Source: Asterias amurensis (lineage: Eukaryota). Taken from it: DNA of 64,000 bases. This document shows positions 1-12,687 of this stretch, one piece after another. A program made the translations under genes and the position numbers. Location of the stretch: the NCBI RefSeq assembly GCF_032118995.1, contig NC_092652.1, forward strand, positions 15,752,336-15,816,335. Direction: 5' to 3'. A model generated the notes under the pieces. The model saw only the letters and a list, made by a program, of their open reading frames with translations, made no database searches and was not told the origin of the DNA. Each line of letters opens with the position of its first letter. Positions within the stretch are counted from its first letter, which is position 1.

Positions 1-293
1 CATTGTGATAAACGGCTCCCTCTGAAGTAACGTAGTTTTCGAGAAAGAAGTAGTTTTTCACGAATTTGATTTCGAGACCTCAAGTTTAGAACTTGAGGTC
101 CCGAAATTAAGCATCTGAAAGCCATAATTTCGTGGGACAAGGGTGTTTTTTCTTTCATTAGTTATCTCGCAACTCCGACGACCAATTGAGCTCATCTTTT
201 CACAGGTTTGTTATTTTATGCATATGTTGAGATACACAAGTTGTGAGAAGACTGTCTTCTACAATTATCAATAGTGTCCAGTGTCTTTAAAGG
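1..293 (-). mobile_element. MITE family A copy (truncated by window start)
   Basis: matches ~385-bp consensus with ~55-bp TIR aaaggcagtggacactattggtaattactcaaaataattattagcataaaacc and internal gatttcgagacctca...tgaggtctcgaaatc hairpin. Confidence 0.8.
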
Positions 294-487
294 CACTGTA
301 CACTACTGGTTTTATTGTCGAAGACTAGTATTCTCACTTGGTGTATCCCAACAAAACAGTGAAAATTTTAGCTCATTTCGGCCATCGAGATTGCAAGAGA
401 ATGACAAAAGAATAACTTACCTTATTACTTTGTTTGTTTTTAGCTGCACCGTAAAATGCTCCAGCTGAAGTCTTTTATTTTATGAAT

Positions 488-654
488 GAGAGATTACCTC
501 TTTCTCAAAAACTACGTTACTTTTTATAGAGGGAGCCGTTTCACACAATGTTTTATAACTATCATCATCTCTCCATTGCTCTTTACCAAGTAAGTTTTTT
601 TTATGCTAACAATTATTTTGAGTTATATTACCAACTGTGTCAAATGCCTTTAAA
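488..654 (+). mobile_element. MITE family A, 3-prime half copy
   Basis: cagagggagccgtttcacacaatg...ccaagtaag...atgctaacaattattttgag...gcctttaaa. Confidence 0.7.
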
Positions 655-1400
655 CGCAAAGCCAGGGGAAGTACAATTAACTATTTAAATGGCATCGCTC
701 AATTACTTCCCGAACAAGGAAGTACAAGTTCATTTTTTGATAGGTCACCTGTCTTGCACGGAAGCGTTAAAGGGACACTGTGAGAAGAAGGGAAGAGATA
801 GTAAAATAAATAGCAAAACACATGATGATTTCTCATAATTATGACTTTGTAAAAATCATAATTATGACTCAAGCAAATACGTCATAGTTTAATAGGTCAA
901 ATACAACAAATTTTTTGATTATTCATGTTTATCATAATTATATTTTGTCTTATTATTAAGTCGAAATTATGAGATGTAGGTTAGTTATTATGTATCAAAA
1001 CAAATTAAGTCCTCTTATTTTAAAATCCAAAAATCCTGGACAACGTGGAGGATAACGGGCATTTTATTTTGCACTGTTGTGTTACGTATGTGTTTGTGAC
1101 GTTTGGAACTGCATTATTCCACATAAATTTCGAATTTGTGAGGAATATAATATGACGACCAAAACCCACCACAGAAATTTGTTTGCTGCCATGGAACGTT
1201 TATCTGTTGAAATTGGTGGCTTCTTGCAGGTCCAGTCTAAGTATATATTAACAGCCTGAACATCTGACGTCACACTTCCGGGCTCGTGAATAACGCCACA
1301 GAGTGGCCCCATAGCCTAGGTCGATCCCCGTCCATGATCACCTTTCACCTACATTCATGGCACACGAAAATACGCAGTCAAATCCTACTTACAAATATTT

Positions 1401-1647
1401 GGTGCGTTCGATAAGCTTCTCTGGGTCGACCCGCAGAGCTCACTCGGGGGAGCCCCTGATGACAAGAGCTATCGAACGATCACACTCGCCCTCTCGCTGT
1501 GACGCCATGCACATCGGGTGGTCCACCCCACAAGCAGTGCACTGCTGGGGGATGGGGCTGACTCGGGTGAGCCCCTGGAAGTCAAAGCTATTCGAACGTA
1601 CCGGTGTGGCGGTTTCAGTCTTCCGCCGTAAGCCAAACGAACGCACC
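1401..1647. mobile_element. MITE with ggtgcgttcg / cgaacgcacc termini
   Basis: inverted termini; internal accggtgtggcggtttcagtcttccgccgt shared with 35071-35522. Confidence 0.5.
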
Positions 1648-1667
1648 TATTACATGCAAGTAGGCCT

Positions 1668-1730
1668 ACATGTACTGTACGTAGTACATGTACTGTAAGT
1701 AGTACATGTACTGTATGTAGTACATGTACG
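1668..1730. repeat. 20-bp tandem repeat x4 (gtagtacatgtactgtaNgt)
   Basis: direct reading. Confidence 0.8.
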
Positions 1731-1974
1731 CGACGAAATACACATGTGGACGCCATCATGCCCACGACCAAAAGTAAGCTTTCCATATCCGTGTTTTGAT
1801 TGGTCCGAGTTTATGTTTGTCAGCTGCAACCACATCACTAAATTGACCGATCTTCGTAAGATTAGATTAGATTCGATTTTTTTATTCCTAATGCTACTCT
1901 CACACTTGGGCGAGTATCTTGCGAATAAATTATGAATTTTTTAAATTCGCGATCAATTCGCCCAAAAGTTGCGA

Positions 1975-3030
1975 TTTGATAGTGAATATGTTCTCGGCCA
2001 TCCTTTAACCTCTCCTTACCAATATCTTACGAAAAATACGTACGCTTTACTAACAGTACCAATGGCTTACCAATGGCTTACCAAATGCTTACGCAAATCG
2101 ATGGCGAAGTACCGTCTTCACAACGTTCGCTGAATGTACGGAAGCGCTTCGTATTGCCGCTCTCACCGAATGGCGAATGTTCTTGCGAACATGAATATTT
2201 GAACATGAATATTTGAATTTGTCCAACATGGCGGTTGGATAGTGAATATTTTCAGCTCGGTCTCACCCCTCGATCGACCTCGGTCTGCCCACTCCTTACC
2301 AATATCTTACGAGTACATTACGAATGCTTACCAACGCTTGCCAATGCCTTTACGAACGTTGCAAACGCTTACGCACGCTTTACCAACGTTACCAATGCTT
2401 ACGAAAATCACGCCGAGTGACCGTCTTCGCAACATTCGCTGAAATTAACAAACCGGTTTGTAAATTGAGCGATCGACGTAAGGAGGTGGGGAATAATTTG
2501 TGAACGTTCCGAATTTGTTACCAACGCTTACGGAGACCCGGCGAATGCTGCGAAGTTTGAGCGATTGTCAAATATTTCCTTCCGATAGCACATTCGCTAG
2601 CATATTCGCCGTGTGAGAGCAGCATAAAGTGACCGATCTTCGTAAGGAGGTGGAGAATGACTTGTGAACGTAGTGACTTTGTGGCGAATGTTGATAAGTT
2701 TGAGCGAATGTTAAATATTTCCGTTCGTAAGCACATTCACTAGCATATTCTCCATAGTGTAAGAGTAGCATCATGCCGAGCAAGAAAATCACTTTCTCGA
2801 TTTGCACATTAAAATACAGTATTAAAAATAGCACAAAACATACATGAACCGTATACATTAAAACAGCAACAATAAATAATAAAAAAAGGAGGTGAAGAAT
2901 GACTTGTTAACGTAGTAGTGAATTTGTGGCGAATGTTACGAAGTTTGAGCGATTGTTAAATATTTCCGTTCGTCAGCACATTCGCTAGCATATTCTCCCT
3001 ATTGTGAGAGTAGCATTAATGAATGCCAAG
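1975..3030. repeat. Cluster of tandem repeats (2 x ~270 bp then 3 x ~165-180 bp) upstream of PARP4 promoter
   Basis: repeated tccttaccaatatcttacga...gaccgtcttc.caac.ttcgctgaa units and cgtaaggaggtgg.gaat.a.ttgtgaacgt...tcgctagcatattc units. Confidence 0.75.
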
Positions 3031-3583
3031 TGCAAGACTGCGAAACGCTTTTAGAACTTATTGGGATAGAGAAAGACATTATTTATACCTCTCGTAATAA
3101 TGAATAAATATAAATAATTCAAGGTATAATAAAATTACTTGTATTTGACGTATCAAAGTATAACTGATTTGGCAAGGGTAATAAACGTTAAGTGGGTCAA
3201 ATCCTGAATTATCTGCACAAAATTATACGGGTATTCGTGCACGACCTCGATATGAAAAGACCGATTTGTTTTCGTACAAAACGACGGATATGCTCTTCGT
3301 TTCAATTTACTGGTGCACTATTGTTTTTTTTTACTTTTCAAAAAGGCCGAAAAAGACTGAATTCCAGAAGCCCTTTTGACAAATTAAATATTCATAACGA
3401 GGTCACGCACGAATCCCCATGATTATTTTGCAGATAAAAAGGAACGGATGATGTGTGTGCTGCAGAATAGCCTGCATAATGACTGATACTTGTTCATATG
3501 ACTCTCTCTTCTCTCAATATCCCTTTAACGCTTCCGTGTACAAGACACGTGACCTATCGAAAGGTGTACTTTCGCTTTACGGG

Positions 3584-3591
3584 TATATAAA
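3584..3591 (+). promoter_or_regulatory. Candidate TATA box (TATATAAA) of PARP4-like gene
   Basis: gggTATATAAAgcag seen about 90 bp upstream of first in-frame ATG (3678) and first GTAAGT donor (3698). Confidence 0.4.
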
Positions 3592-3677
3592 GCAGAATGT
3601 CACCAGTTGCGCACTCAGCCGGCTGTTCAACATCAGACCAGTACACCTGTCCTTCAAGTGTACAATGAGCATTGAAA

Positions 3678-3697
3678 ATGAGTGATGCTGCAAACAG
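3678..3697 (+). CDS. PARP4: PARP4-like exon 1 (coding part, start codon)
   Basis: ATG in gaaaATGa context, donor cag|GTAAGT at 3698; 20 nt + exon2 79 nt keep frame: MSDAANSVWKWGDPAAPGFPEHLYDIAKSAAFQ; tiny overlapping uORF ATG at 3665. Confidence 0.4.
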
Positions 3698-3710
3698 GTA
3701 AGTAATGTAC

Positions 3711-4096
3711 TTAAAGGCATGGACACTATTGGTAATTGTCAGAGACCAGTCTTCTCACCCGGTGTATCTCAACAAATGCATAAAATAACAAACCTGTGAA
3801 AATTTGAGCTCGATTGGTCATCGGAGTTGGGAGAAAATTATGAAAGAAAAAAACACCCTTGTCACACGAAGTTGTGTGCTCTCAGATACTTGATTTCGAG
3901 ACCTCAAGTTCTAAATCTGAGGTCTCGAAATCAAATTTGTGGAAAATTACTTCTTTCTCGAAAACCACGTCACTTCAGAGGGAGCTGTTTCTCACAATGT
4001 TTTGTACTATCAACCTCTCCCCATTACTCTTAAACAATAAAGGTTTTATGCTAATAATTATTTTGAGTAACTACCAATAGTGTCCACTGCCTTAAT
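3711..4096 (+). mobile_element. MITE family A, full copy (in PARP4 intron 1)
   Basis: both TIRs present, flanked by TTAA contexts. Confidence 0.85.
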
Positions 4097-4099
4097 AAA

Positions 4100-4472
4100 G
4101 CCATTGGACACTTTCGGAACATAATTTTGTTTTAAAGTTCACAGATTTACAAATACTTTACAGGGTTTACAGAAGGTAATAGTGAAAGACTTCTCTTGAA
4201 ATATTATTCCATGAAATACTTTACTTTTTGAGAAAACGTTTAAACAATATCAATTCTCGATATCGAGAATTACGGATTTATTTTAAATACATGTCATGAG
4301 ACGGCGAAACGTGCGGAAACAAGGGTGGGTTTTCCCGTTATTTTTCCCGACTCCGATGACCAATTGAGCCTAAAATGTTCACAGGTTTGTTGTTTTATAT
4401 AAGTTGTGATATACGAAGTGTGGACTTTGGACAATACTATTTACCAAAAGTGTCCAATGGCTTCAAGGTATA
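4100..4472 (+). mobile_element. MITE family B copy
   Basis: TIR ccattggacactttcgg...ccaaaagtgtccaatgg; 3-prime portion related to family A (cgactccgatgaccaattgagc...cacaggtttgtt). Confidence 0.7.
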
Positions 4473-4658
4473 ATGCATATATTTTTTATATAAATATATA
4501 GCATGGACGAATGAAACAGTACACCAAGCATCTGTAAACTTTATAATTGTAAATATTATATTTACTGTTAAAACCAAACAGTTATATGCTGGTTTGTTTG
4601 TTTTTCAATAGACAGTCATAATATTAGAGGTGATTTCTTTTTGTGATTTTTTTTTCAG

Positions 4659-4737
4659 TGTGTGGAAATGGGGTGACCCTGCCGCGCCTGGCTTTCCAGA
4701 GCACCTCTATGACATAGCAAAAAGTGCCGCATTTCAG
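4659..4737 (+). CDS. PARP4: PARP4-like exon 2
   Basis: acceptor tttttttttcag|, donor cag|gtatag; in frame with exon 1 and exon 3. Confidence 0.45.
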
Positions 4738-5604
4738 GTATAGTCTTAGGCTAATACTAGTAGCATTCACTAATTTGGTAGATTTGTTCTTGAAAACTGA
4801 GTATTTTGGCTGATCGGCAGTGTGATAATAATAGGGTGAAGAGCATTACAGGGTGAGTCACCAGAAGTTGACCGGGATTTGCAATGTTTTTCAAAATAAC
4901 AAATGACACTGAACAATTCAGTAAAGCCTTAAAATATTTCCCCCATTGATTAAAACAGTTTCAATGAATTGAAATTGGAGATACCTTAAATTATAATATC
5001 ACCGTCCCACTTGTTCGTGCTTGCAACATACAATGTCAGTTTGGATCAATAGTGTGTTACCAAAGCGAATTTTTGTAACTGGAAAATGTTTTTGTAAAGT
5101 CAAAGATAACACGATTTCGGCCTCATTTGTTTCAAGTCATGTTATAATTCAGTTCGAAAAGACTACAATTTAATGTCGATTCACAAAACAATCTATACTT
5201 TCAACAACAGAGTGACGTCACAGAAATACTTTAATAAATGGGTTTACACAAAAATAATAACTAGCTCAGCGTATGTTTCCAAAGCCCATTCACCGCAGCT
5301 GGGTATCAGTTTCATGGCCCAAGGCTTGTTGTTAAAAACACAAAACCAATCTTTTCAACGTGTGCATGGTTTCCATGCATATGAAAACACAACTACAAAA
5401 CGACCATTCAATACTGCTTTAAGTTGGCATATGCGTGGGAAAATGTTCCATGAAAAGTAAATGCATGTGAGTGCACTGGTGCGAATAATTATTTGAAAGA
5501 GTTGAGTGATGGTATCTTTTTTTCATCGAGGCAATGGAACATTCCATCTTTCAATGAATGAAAGTTTTCTGACTTTTGCACGAACGAAATACATTCATTA
5601 TTGT

Positions 5605-5790
5605 TTTCGTCCTTCGGGTGGGACGTAAAGCCGCTGGTCCCATGTGTCGTGTTACGCATGTAAAATAACCCAGTGCACTTATCGAAAAGAGAAGGGGTTC
5701 GCCCCGGTGTTCCTGGCTGTGGCTGCTGAATGCGCAGTAGCACATTGTAACCCTTATAAGGTGCTAAATAATTGGGTCTCAGAATTCATC
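5605..5790 (+). mobile_element. tRNA-derived SINE (same family), body+tail fragment
   Basis: tcgtccttcgggtgggacgtaaagccgctggtcccatgtg...ggtgctaaataattgggtctcagaattcatc. Confidence 0.6.
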
Positions 5791-6893
5791 CCCTACCTTT
5801 CTGAAAGTTTGATATACTCAGCACGTTGAGTACCTACTGCTTTGTAGATACATGAGCTAGATAAGACTTTCATATGATATTATTATATTACACCTATTTT
5901 TTGGTTCAGCTTGTTTGAGGTAACAGTGACTTGTTGTGCAGTGCTAATTTTTTAGACGAGCTGGCGGCATAATTTAGTATGTTCCTTGTTCGAACTGTGC
6001 TGCAATATCGAATACACGCATCGTGAAATAGAACAAATCGGACGGAACTCAAAATGCACATACGTTATCGTAGTGTGCAGTTGTGCGTTTATCTGCTATT
6101 CTCCAAGCACGTGGCAAGGATCTGCTGGAGCGTCATATTATTATTGACAGTTTACACACCTGTTCCGACACACCTGTAAACGACACACCTGTTACAACAC
6201 CCAACTGTGTTTGACTATTCCCCACCCAAACAACAAACCGAACCGGTTCCCCTAACCCTAATCCAACCCTTGCATGCAAATCACGAGGGGTGTCGGAATA
6301 AAGGAATGTCGGAATAAAGGAGTGACACTTCTTAGAAGAAGAACAAAAACGCAACAAAAGTTGTATGTATTTTTTCAAACAATTAGATAATACAAACTTT
6401 CATGGTAAAGACATTATTAAGGAACTTTTTGGTAGGCCTTAGTATAGAACCAAGAAAATATTTTAATGTATAGTCTGTCTATTTCATGTGTTCATTTCAC
6501 AAAGTCAACTCGTCGATAACTTGGAAAGTAGACCTACTTCCTGTCGATAGGTATTAGTACAAGAAATACGGACATTTCTATTGTTGTTCCTTAGACACAA
6601 CGTTGAACGTTAACATCATTTTTGTTTTCCGGTGTTAAAGTTTGGTGTTGTTTGGATTTTGTTTTAATGGATGCCCTTTATGTGAGACTTTTGAACGCTA
6701 GGTGGCAGCAGACTCCGTGTTAACTTCCATTGCATGCGTCAAAAGGTCCCCATTGAAGCCAGTTTGTTCCATTTATGCTTTTTCAGTACCATTTTAAACA
6801 TTGGGTGGCAAAGCGTGAATTTGAATGTGATGTAAAATGTAATTCATTGTTGCTGGAATTGACCGAGAAAACTGATACATTTTCATTTTTAAG

Positions 6894-7055
6894 GATCCAG
6901 CACAACCTGAGCCGGACGAGGACGTTCAATTTAGGTTACTGGAGCTCCATGTCGTCCAGCCCGAGAAGACTCTGGGAGACGACGAGGGAAATGATGAGTG
7001 GTCCAAATATCCGTGTAGGGTCTTCACCCATACAGGGATGCTATCGGAAATGAAG
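6894..7055 (+). CDS. PARP4: PARP4-like exon 3 (DPAQPEPDEDVQFRLLELHVVQPEK...GMLSEMK)
   Basis: acceptor tttttaag|, donor aag|gtattg, 162 nt phase 0-0 open frame. Confidence 0.45.
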
Positions 7056-7234
7056 GTATTGGGTTGACGCAGCTCTAAAAGTGCATTTCTTATAGACCTT
7101 ATGCATTGACGTAATCCAGCGGCCATCTTAGTGGAAAAACGGTGACGAAACAATCGAAACGCACAGATTTGTACGCGCGACGCGCAGGATTGGCCAATGA
7201 ACAACCTCCTTTTGACCTGTAGGTGAGGGCGCCC

Positions 7235-7700
7235 TACTGAAATGACATCATGTGCATAAGGTCTATTCAGAACATAAAATTAATATCATCATCATTCCAC
7301 CTCGACCTTCCCTGTGCTTGACGCATCCATGTGACGGTTCCGAATTCTGTGATGTCGTCCATCCAACGTCTGCTTGGTCTGCCTCTACGTCTCGTACGTG
7401 AATTCTTTGGGTCCTTTCCGTAATTCAGTGTGTCCATCTTTTGTCATGGCGTCTTGCAAGGTGGCCTGCCCACCTCAATCTTTGTTTTTAATTCCTGTAT
7501 TATGTCCCAAGCATTTGTTTTCTTTCGTAAGTCCTCTTTTCTGACCCTGTCCTTTATTGTAACTCCTAGACCATGATCCTCTCCATTGCTCTTTCTGTGG
7601 CTCTCAGTTTCTTTTCCATTTTTTTAGCACTGGAATGATGCATTGATTGAAGATAAGACTTTTAAGTGAAAGTGGGACGCGCACAGCATCCCCTTATAAG
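7235..7700 (-). mobile_element. Decayed 3-prime fragment of an RTE-like non-LTR retrotransposon
   Basis: reverse-strand translation gives RPSRRWMDDITEFGTVTWMRQAQGRSRW, the conserved C-terminal RTE-type motif; 3-prime end with (ATC)n tail near 7270-7290. Confidence 0.45.
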
Positions 7701-8655
7701 GAGTTGTTTACCCGAGGGCCTTACCATTTCATAGCTGGAGGGGTGTTGTGTTGAAAGGAATCATTGAACAATTGCATTTATTTTACTTTTTTGACCAAAA
7801 AGTGTTGATTTTTCTGATTGAAAAGGTATTTATGAATGGGAATCGTAGTGTGTTTAATCGGTTTTCAACTAGTGGTTTAACCCGCCGAAGCCTGGCTCTT
7901 GATAATTTACCTCGACTTCGTCTCGGTAAAGTTACCAAGAACCAGGCCTCGCTGGGCTTAAACCACTAGTTGAAAACCTCTTCACCACACATTGATTCCC
8001 TTAGTAATTCACGTTCAGCCAAAAGATGGTAGCCTCGGTAAATAATAAATACAACGCAAACAAAGTGATTCAAAGATTTAGGAATGGGGGTACAGTCAAT
8101 TAAGCTCAGCTTTCGTTAGGGAGTGCCATACAACAAAAATCACAAAAATCATTCAGGACATAACCGACAAAGACCTTGGACAACAAAACAAACTTTCAAG
8201 GACTTCCGTGAATGAATAAAACTGCTAACGGTTGGTTTCATTTTCCTTTCGTTATTAATGAACTAGACCTAGAAAGCGTGGGCGGCACTGTACTCCTTTG
8301 GAACATTTAGTGACGTCATTTTTAATAGTACAGCGTCCCAGTTACTGGCTCTTCCCTGAATCCCTTCCCCCTCTCTTTTTCTATATTAATGGATATGTGT
8401 TTGTTTGTACTTGTTTTATACCTCTGAAGAAGTTCCGGTTCTGATTGGAAGTTAAGGCCATCTACCCTCTCTCATCGTATACAAAACAAGTGTCGGTGAT
8501 TTTCATTTCTGATCTAACTACTACACTGGCATCTCAAATGCATCCAACTATCCATGCTATAAAGTCAGTTCCTCGTATGAAACACTGATATTCCATTTCT
8601 TCTTGTTCTTTATATTATTATGTATAATAATAAACTTTTTTTTTGTCATTGCCAG

Positions 8656-8805
8656 GATGAGAATTGCGGCACCAAAAAGTGCCACTATGCGGAGTCCATC
8701 GATGAAGCTCTCGCAATTTACGCCAAGATTTACTCTACCTTCTCCAAGTTTCACAAAACAAAGAAATTCCTGTCTCGATGTGTTGGATCGCAAGTCTATC
8801 GCAAT
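8656..8805 (+). CDS. PARP4: Possible PARP4-like exon 4 (DENCGTKKCHYAESIDEALAIYAKIY...VYRN)
   Basis: acceptor ttgtcattgccag|, possible donor aat|gtaaac; 150 nt phase 0-0; no recognisable domain so weak. Confidence 0.3.
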
Positions 8806-9166
8806 GTAAACAAATTTTGTCTTTCTGATGAATATTGGGAAATGTGTCTTTCCCCACACTGCAAAACACTGGGGTATTAAATTGATTGTACTTTTGTTAT
8901 GTGACAATACTGACGTGGTGTTTAGTTGGTGAAATTAACACCGTGTGGTTGATGTCATATGGATACCAAGAGAAGCAATTTAACGCTTGAGTGTTTTCTG
9001 TCAACAAGAAGAAACAATATAGTGCTAACAAGTGTCTCTGCCCAAACTACAAGTTGCATAACAAAATCGCCGATGAAGAAAACTTTAACAATAGATGGCT
9101 GTTTGTTGTTTTCCCCTTTAACTTTCTAATTTTTCAATAATGAAAAGAAACTTCCATTGAAATATG

Positions 9167-9409
9167 GCAGCACTATATTGGTAATCACTCAAAATAATTA
9201 TTAGCATATAACCTTACTTGGGACGAGTAATGGGGAGAGGTTGATAATATATAACATAGTTAGAAACGGCTCCCTCTGAAGTGACATTTTCCACGTATTT
9301 GATTTCGAGACCTCAGATTTAGAATTTGAGGACTCGAAATCAACGATCTAAAAGAACACGACTTCGTGTGACAAGGGTGTATTTTCTTTCATTATTATCT
9401 CGCAACTTC
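9167..9409 (-). mobile_element. MITE family A, truncated copy
   Basis: TIR + internal hairpin, loses last third. Confidence 0.75.
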
Positions 9410-10015
9410 AATACAATACATACAATACAATAATACACTAATCTTTATTAGATCCCAAAAAAGGGTAATTCAAATGCTCGCATACAGTAAAACATTGACA
9501 CATTAAAAACATTTAAAAAACAGACAATGGCTATATACAATTACAAGAAAAAACACTAAAAAGCGATAAGAAAAATACCCGAGACTGGGCGATAAATTTA
9601 TAACCGAGCTGTGAGCTCGGTTACCGTTTCGGTTATGACGTCAGAAACAGTTTTTGGTTGGGGTCGCCAAAACGCACTCCTAGTTCAGTGGAATACTTTC
9701 TGTTTCACCGGATTGTTGGTTTTGCCTTGTGTGTCGGTTCTTGTTTTTTGGCGGCACTTGTGCCCTTGAGCAAAAACAAAAGAGTACGTTAACTGCGCAG
9801 TTATTTTGTCCTGGTGGGAGTTGGTCCAATATTGTGTAATTTACTGAACAAACACAAATCTACATCAAAGAAAAACCTATTTGTTGTCTAGGTGTTTTTG
9901 ATAACTGCGATTGTGCAAACGCATGTGTAAAAAAACAAAATGTCTTTTGCAAAATAATAAGAACCCATTGAGTTTTGTATAATATTTAGTTTCGATTTGT
10001 TATTTCTCAATTTTT

Positions 10016-10292
10016 AAAGGCAGTGGACACTATTGGTAGTTACTCAAAATAATTGTTAGCATAAAACCTTACTTGGTGAAGAGTAATGGGGAGAGGTTGA
10101 TGGTACAACACATTGTGAGAAACGGCTCCCTCTGAAGTGACATAGTTTTTGAGAAAGAAGTAATTTTCCACAAATTTGATTTCGAGACCTCAGATTTAGA
10201 ACTTGATGTCTCGAAATCAAACATCTAAACACACACAACTTCGTGTGACAAGAGTTTTTTCTTCTTTGACTATAGTGTCCAGTGTCTTTAAG
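10016..10292 (-). mobile_element. MITE family A copy with internal deletion
   Basis: both termini present. Confidence 0.8.
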
Positions 10293-10423
10293 TCGGGACA
10301 TATTATTGTGTCAGCAAAGGCAGGGTTGACAAGAAAACAAGGTCAAGCTTGTCCACACAAGGCCTCGGAAAAACACCCAATAGTTGCTCATGTGTAATCT
10401 TGTTCAAACATTTTACGATTTAG

Positions 10424-10564
10424 CAAGCTTTGGAGTCGGGTCTTCGAGATGGCCCTGCAATCTCACCTGAAGTTGCTCGCCTCGTGGAATACGTCTGGCG
10501 GGAGACCATTGGTGAGCTGCAGGAGGTGCTTGATGTTCCATACAGGGACATTGGACTCGGAAAA
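10424..10564 (+). CDS. PARP4: PARP4-like exon (PARP regulatory helical domain, ends DIGLGK)
   Basis: acceptor tttacgatttag|, donor aaa|gtgagt; QALESGLRDGPAISPEVARLVEYVWRETIGELQEVLDVPYRDIGLGK resembles end of PARP alpha-helical domain (PLGKLS motif). Confidence 0.6.
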
Positions 10565-11074
10565 GTGAGTTTCGACTTCAACGTAGCCTTGATCAAGGAT
10601 TTGGAGGATTTTGTCTAAAAACAAAATGTATAGATTGTTTTCATGTTTATTTTGTTTGCGCCGCGCTTTTCGTCCCAGCTACCTTCCAGCCCGAGCTGTG
10701 TACTTAGCAGTTCCATTGGCGCGTGCTCAGGTGAGCTGTATGCTTGTGTATAGACCTTCTCCTGTCGGCCTCCGCATGTGGAGAGTGGTTCCGCAGGATC
10801 GTTCCGAAAGACTTCCCATAGTCGATCTTTCGACTTCCAGCATGTGTTTTAGCATATCTGGGAACATTATGACTTATTCAACAGTTTTATTTATGTTCAA
10901 ATGTTGTTTAAAAACAACATGCACTTTAAAAAAATAAAGTGCATTTCATAATGTCGTCGGGCGGCATCAGTGTTTTTTAAAATGCAGTTAAATGTGAACC
11001 TGTTGAAAAACTATATCAAACGCCATTGTAGGCTTCTAACCAAAGTTTTTTATTGTCATTTATCTCATACGTAG

Positions 11075-11263
11075 GTTGAACAAGCAGAAGGTGTACTTTT
11101 GCAGATCAGAAAGTATCTGGATAATAAAGAGGATGGGGTGTCTTATGCAGGAGTACTGGAAAATCTAAACAGGGAGTTCTTTGAATTAATACCTCATAGA
11201 CCACAACATAAAGATTTCATTGATCACAAACGGACAATCGCCACCAAACGTGATCTGTGCCAG
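11075..11263 (+). CDS. PARP4: PARP4-like exon (PARP regulatory domain continuation)
   Basis: acgtag| acceptor, cag|gtaagt donor; VEQAEGVLLQIRKYLDNKEDGVSYAGVLENLNREFFELIPHR... Confidence 0.6.
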
Positions 11264-12021
11264 GTAAGTTTTGAACTCGTGTCATGGTGAAATGTCAAAA
11301 ACTCCCTTTAAATATGCATAAATTTGTAAGGTCAAATTCATTTTTTAATCCACCTTTTCGCCAGTTTGAACAGATATTGTAGTTCATTTCTGAATTTGAA
11401 CCAATCAATGTTATTTAACTTGACTATTTGGAAGGGGGCAAATTTCTTTTTTAATAGACTAATTTTGATGGCTGATGACGTCATTGTTTAAAATTGTCCC
11501 CTCTGAAGTTTACACCTTTTTAATGTGAGGTTAAAGACTTTACTTTTTTTATGAGGGGGGGGGGTGGCTCTATGTTTTGGAAAATGGGTTTATCACAAAA
11601 TTTACTTCAACAGGAGCCCCTTTTTTAATTGACATCCCTTGGATCAAACAATTTCTAAAATAATGATTGTAAAATATCGCTAAGTGGCTTCTAGTCACGA
11701 ACATTGACGTTAAATGTTTGTGAATGTTGAAATTATGAGACTTTATATCTTTTTAGGATATTTTTGAGGAAATCTGTAAAATTTGTTTACTGATGAGTTG
11801 TGGTTGAACACAAAAGAATAACACTAAATGTATTGGAAGCACTGACCTCCGAATCAATGTGCCGGCGCTCTCCCAACTATAGCTTTCAAGCCATTATGTT
11901 AGCGGTCTCCTGATTTTGGGGTGCCAATCAGAATCCATCTAGCCGTTTAGTGCTTAGTAGCCAGGGATCCCAAGTTTACGATACATGTGAATTAAGCATC
12001 AGTGAGCCAGGGGATCACCTT

Positions 12022-12380
12022 AAAGCCATTTTACACTTTCGGTACAGAAAAAAAAATCACAGATTTACAAATAATTTATAGGGTTTACAGAAGGTAATGG
12101 TGAAAGACTTCTCTTGAAATATTGTTCCATGAAATGCTTTACTTTTTGAGAAAACATTAAAACAATATCAATTCTCGATAGCGAGAATTACGGATTTATT
12201 TTAAACACATATGTCATGACACGGCGAAACGTGCGGAAACAAGGGTGGGTTTCCCGTTATTTCTCCCGACTCCGATGACCAATTGAGCCTAAATTTTCAC
12301 AGGTTTTTTTTTGTATAGTTCTGATACACGAAGTGTGGGCCTTAGACAATAGTGTTACCGAAAGTGTCCAATCGCTTTAA
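12022..12380 (+). mobile_element. MITE family B copy
   Basis: near-identical to 4100-4472. Confidence 0.7.
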
Positions 12381-12532
12381 GGGGATGCGACTTATTATTT
12401 CAGAAAAAAAACCTTGTGATTTTTGTATTTTACATGAAATACTCAATGCACTCAAAAGGTTTCACAGTATTTGCTTTCACTTTCAGTGCGATACTTCGGC
12501 AGACATCAAAATATATGTGTTTTGTATTACAG

Positions 12533-12687
12533 TTAATCAAAGATATAGTGAATGTAAGTGAGTCAACCGACTGGTCCCAACGCAGTAGTAGTCAAGCAAG
12601 GTATCACGCAATACAGTGTTTCCTTAGCTACCTACCTCCAAATCATCCAGAATTCACAAAGATCCGAGATTTCTTTATTGAGACAAG
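12533..12687 (+). CDS. PARP4: PARP4-like exon (LIKDIVNVSESTDW...FFIET)
   Basis: ttgtattacag| acceptor, ag|gtatgc donor, ends phase 2 matching next exon. Confidence 0.55.

Noticed and set aside
2470-2900. Perfect Shine-Dalgarno-like taaggaggtg motifs recurring in the tandem repeats
   Set aside because: The context is clearly eukaryotic (spliced genes, LTR/LINE/SINE content). The motif is simply part of the repeat unit.; no prokaryotic gene structure follows it.
5173-5460. 95-aa plus-strand ORF between PARP4 exons 2 and 3
   Set aside because: It has no splice-site support keeping frame with neighbouring exons, and its composition is typical of AT-rich intron.
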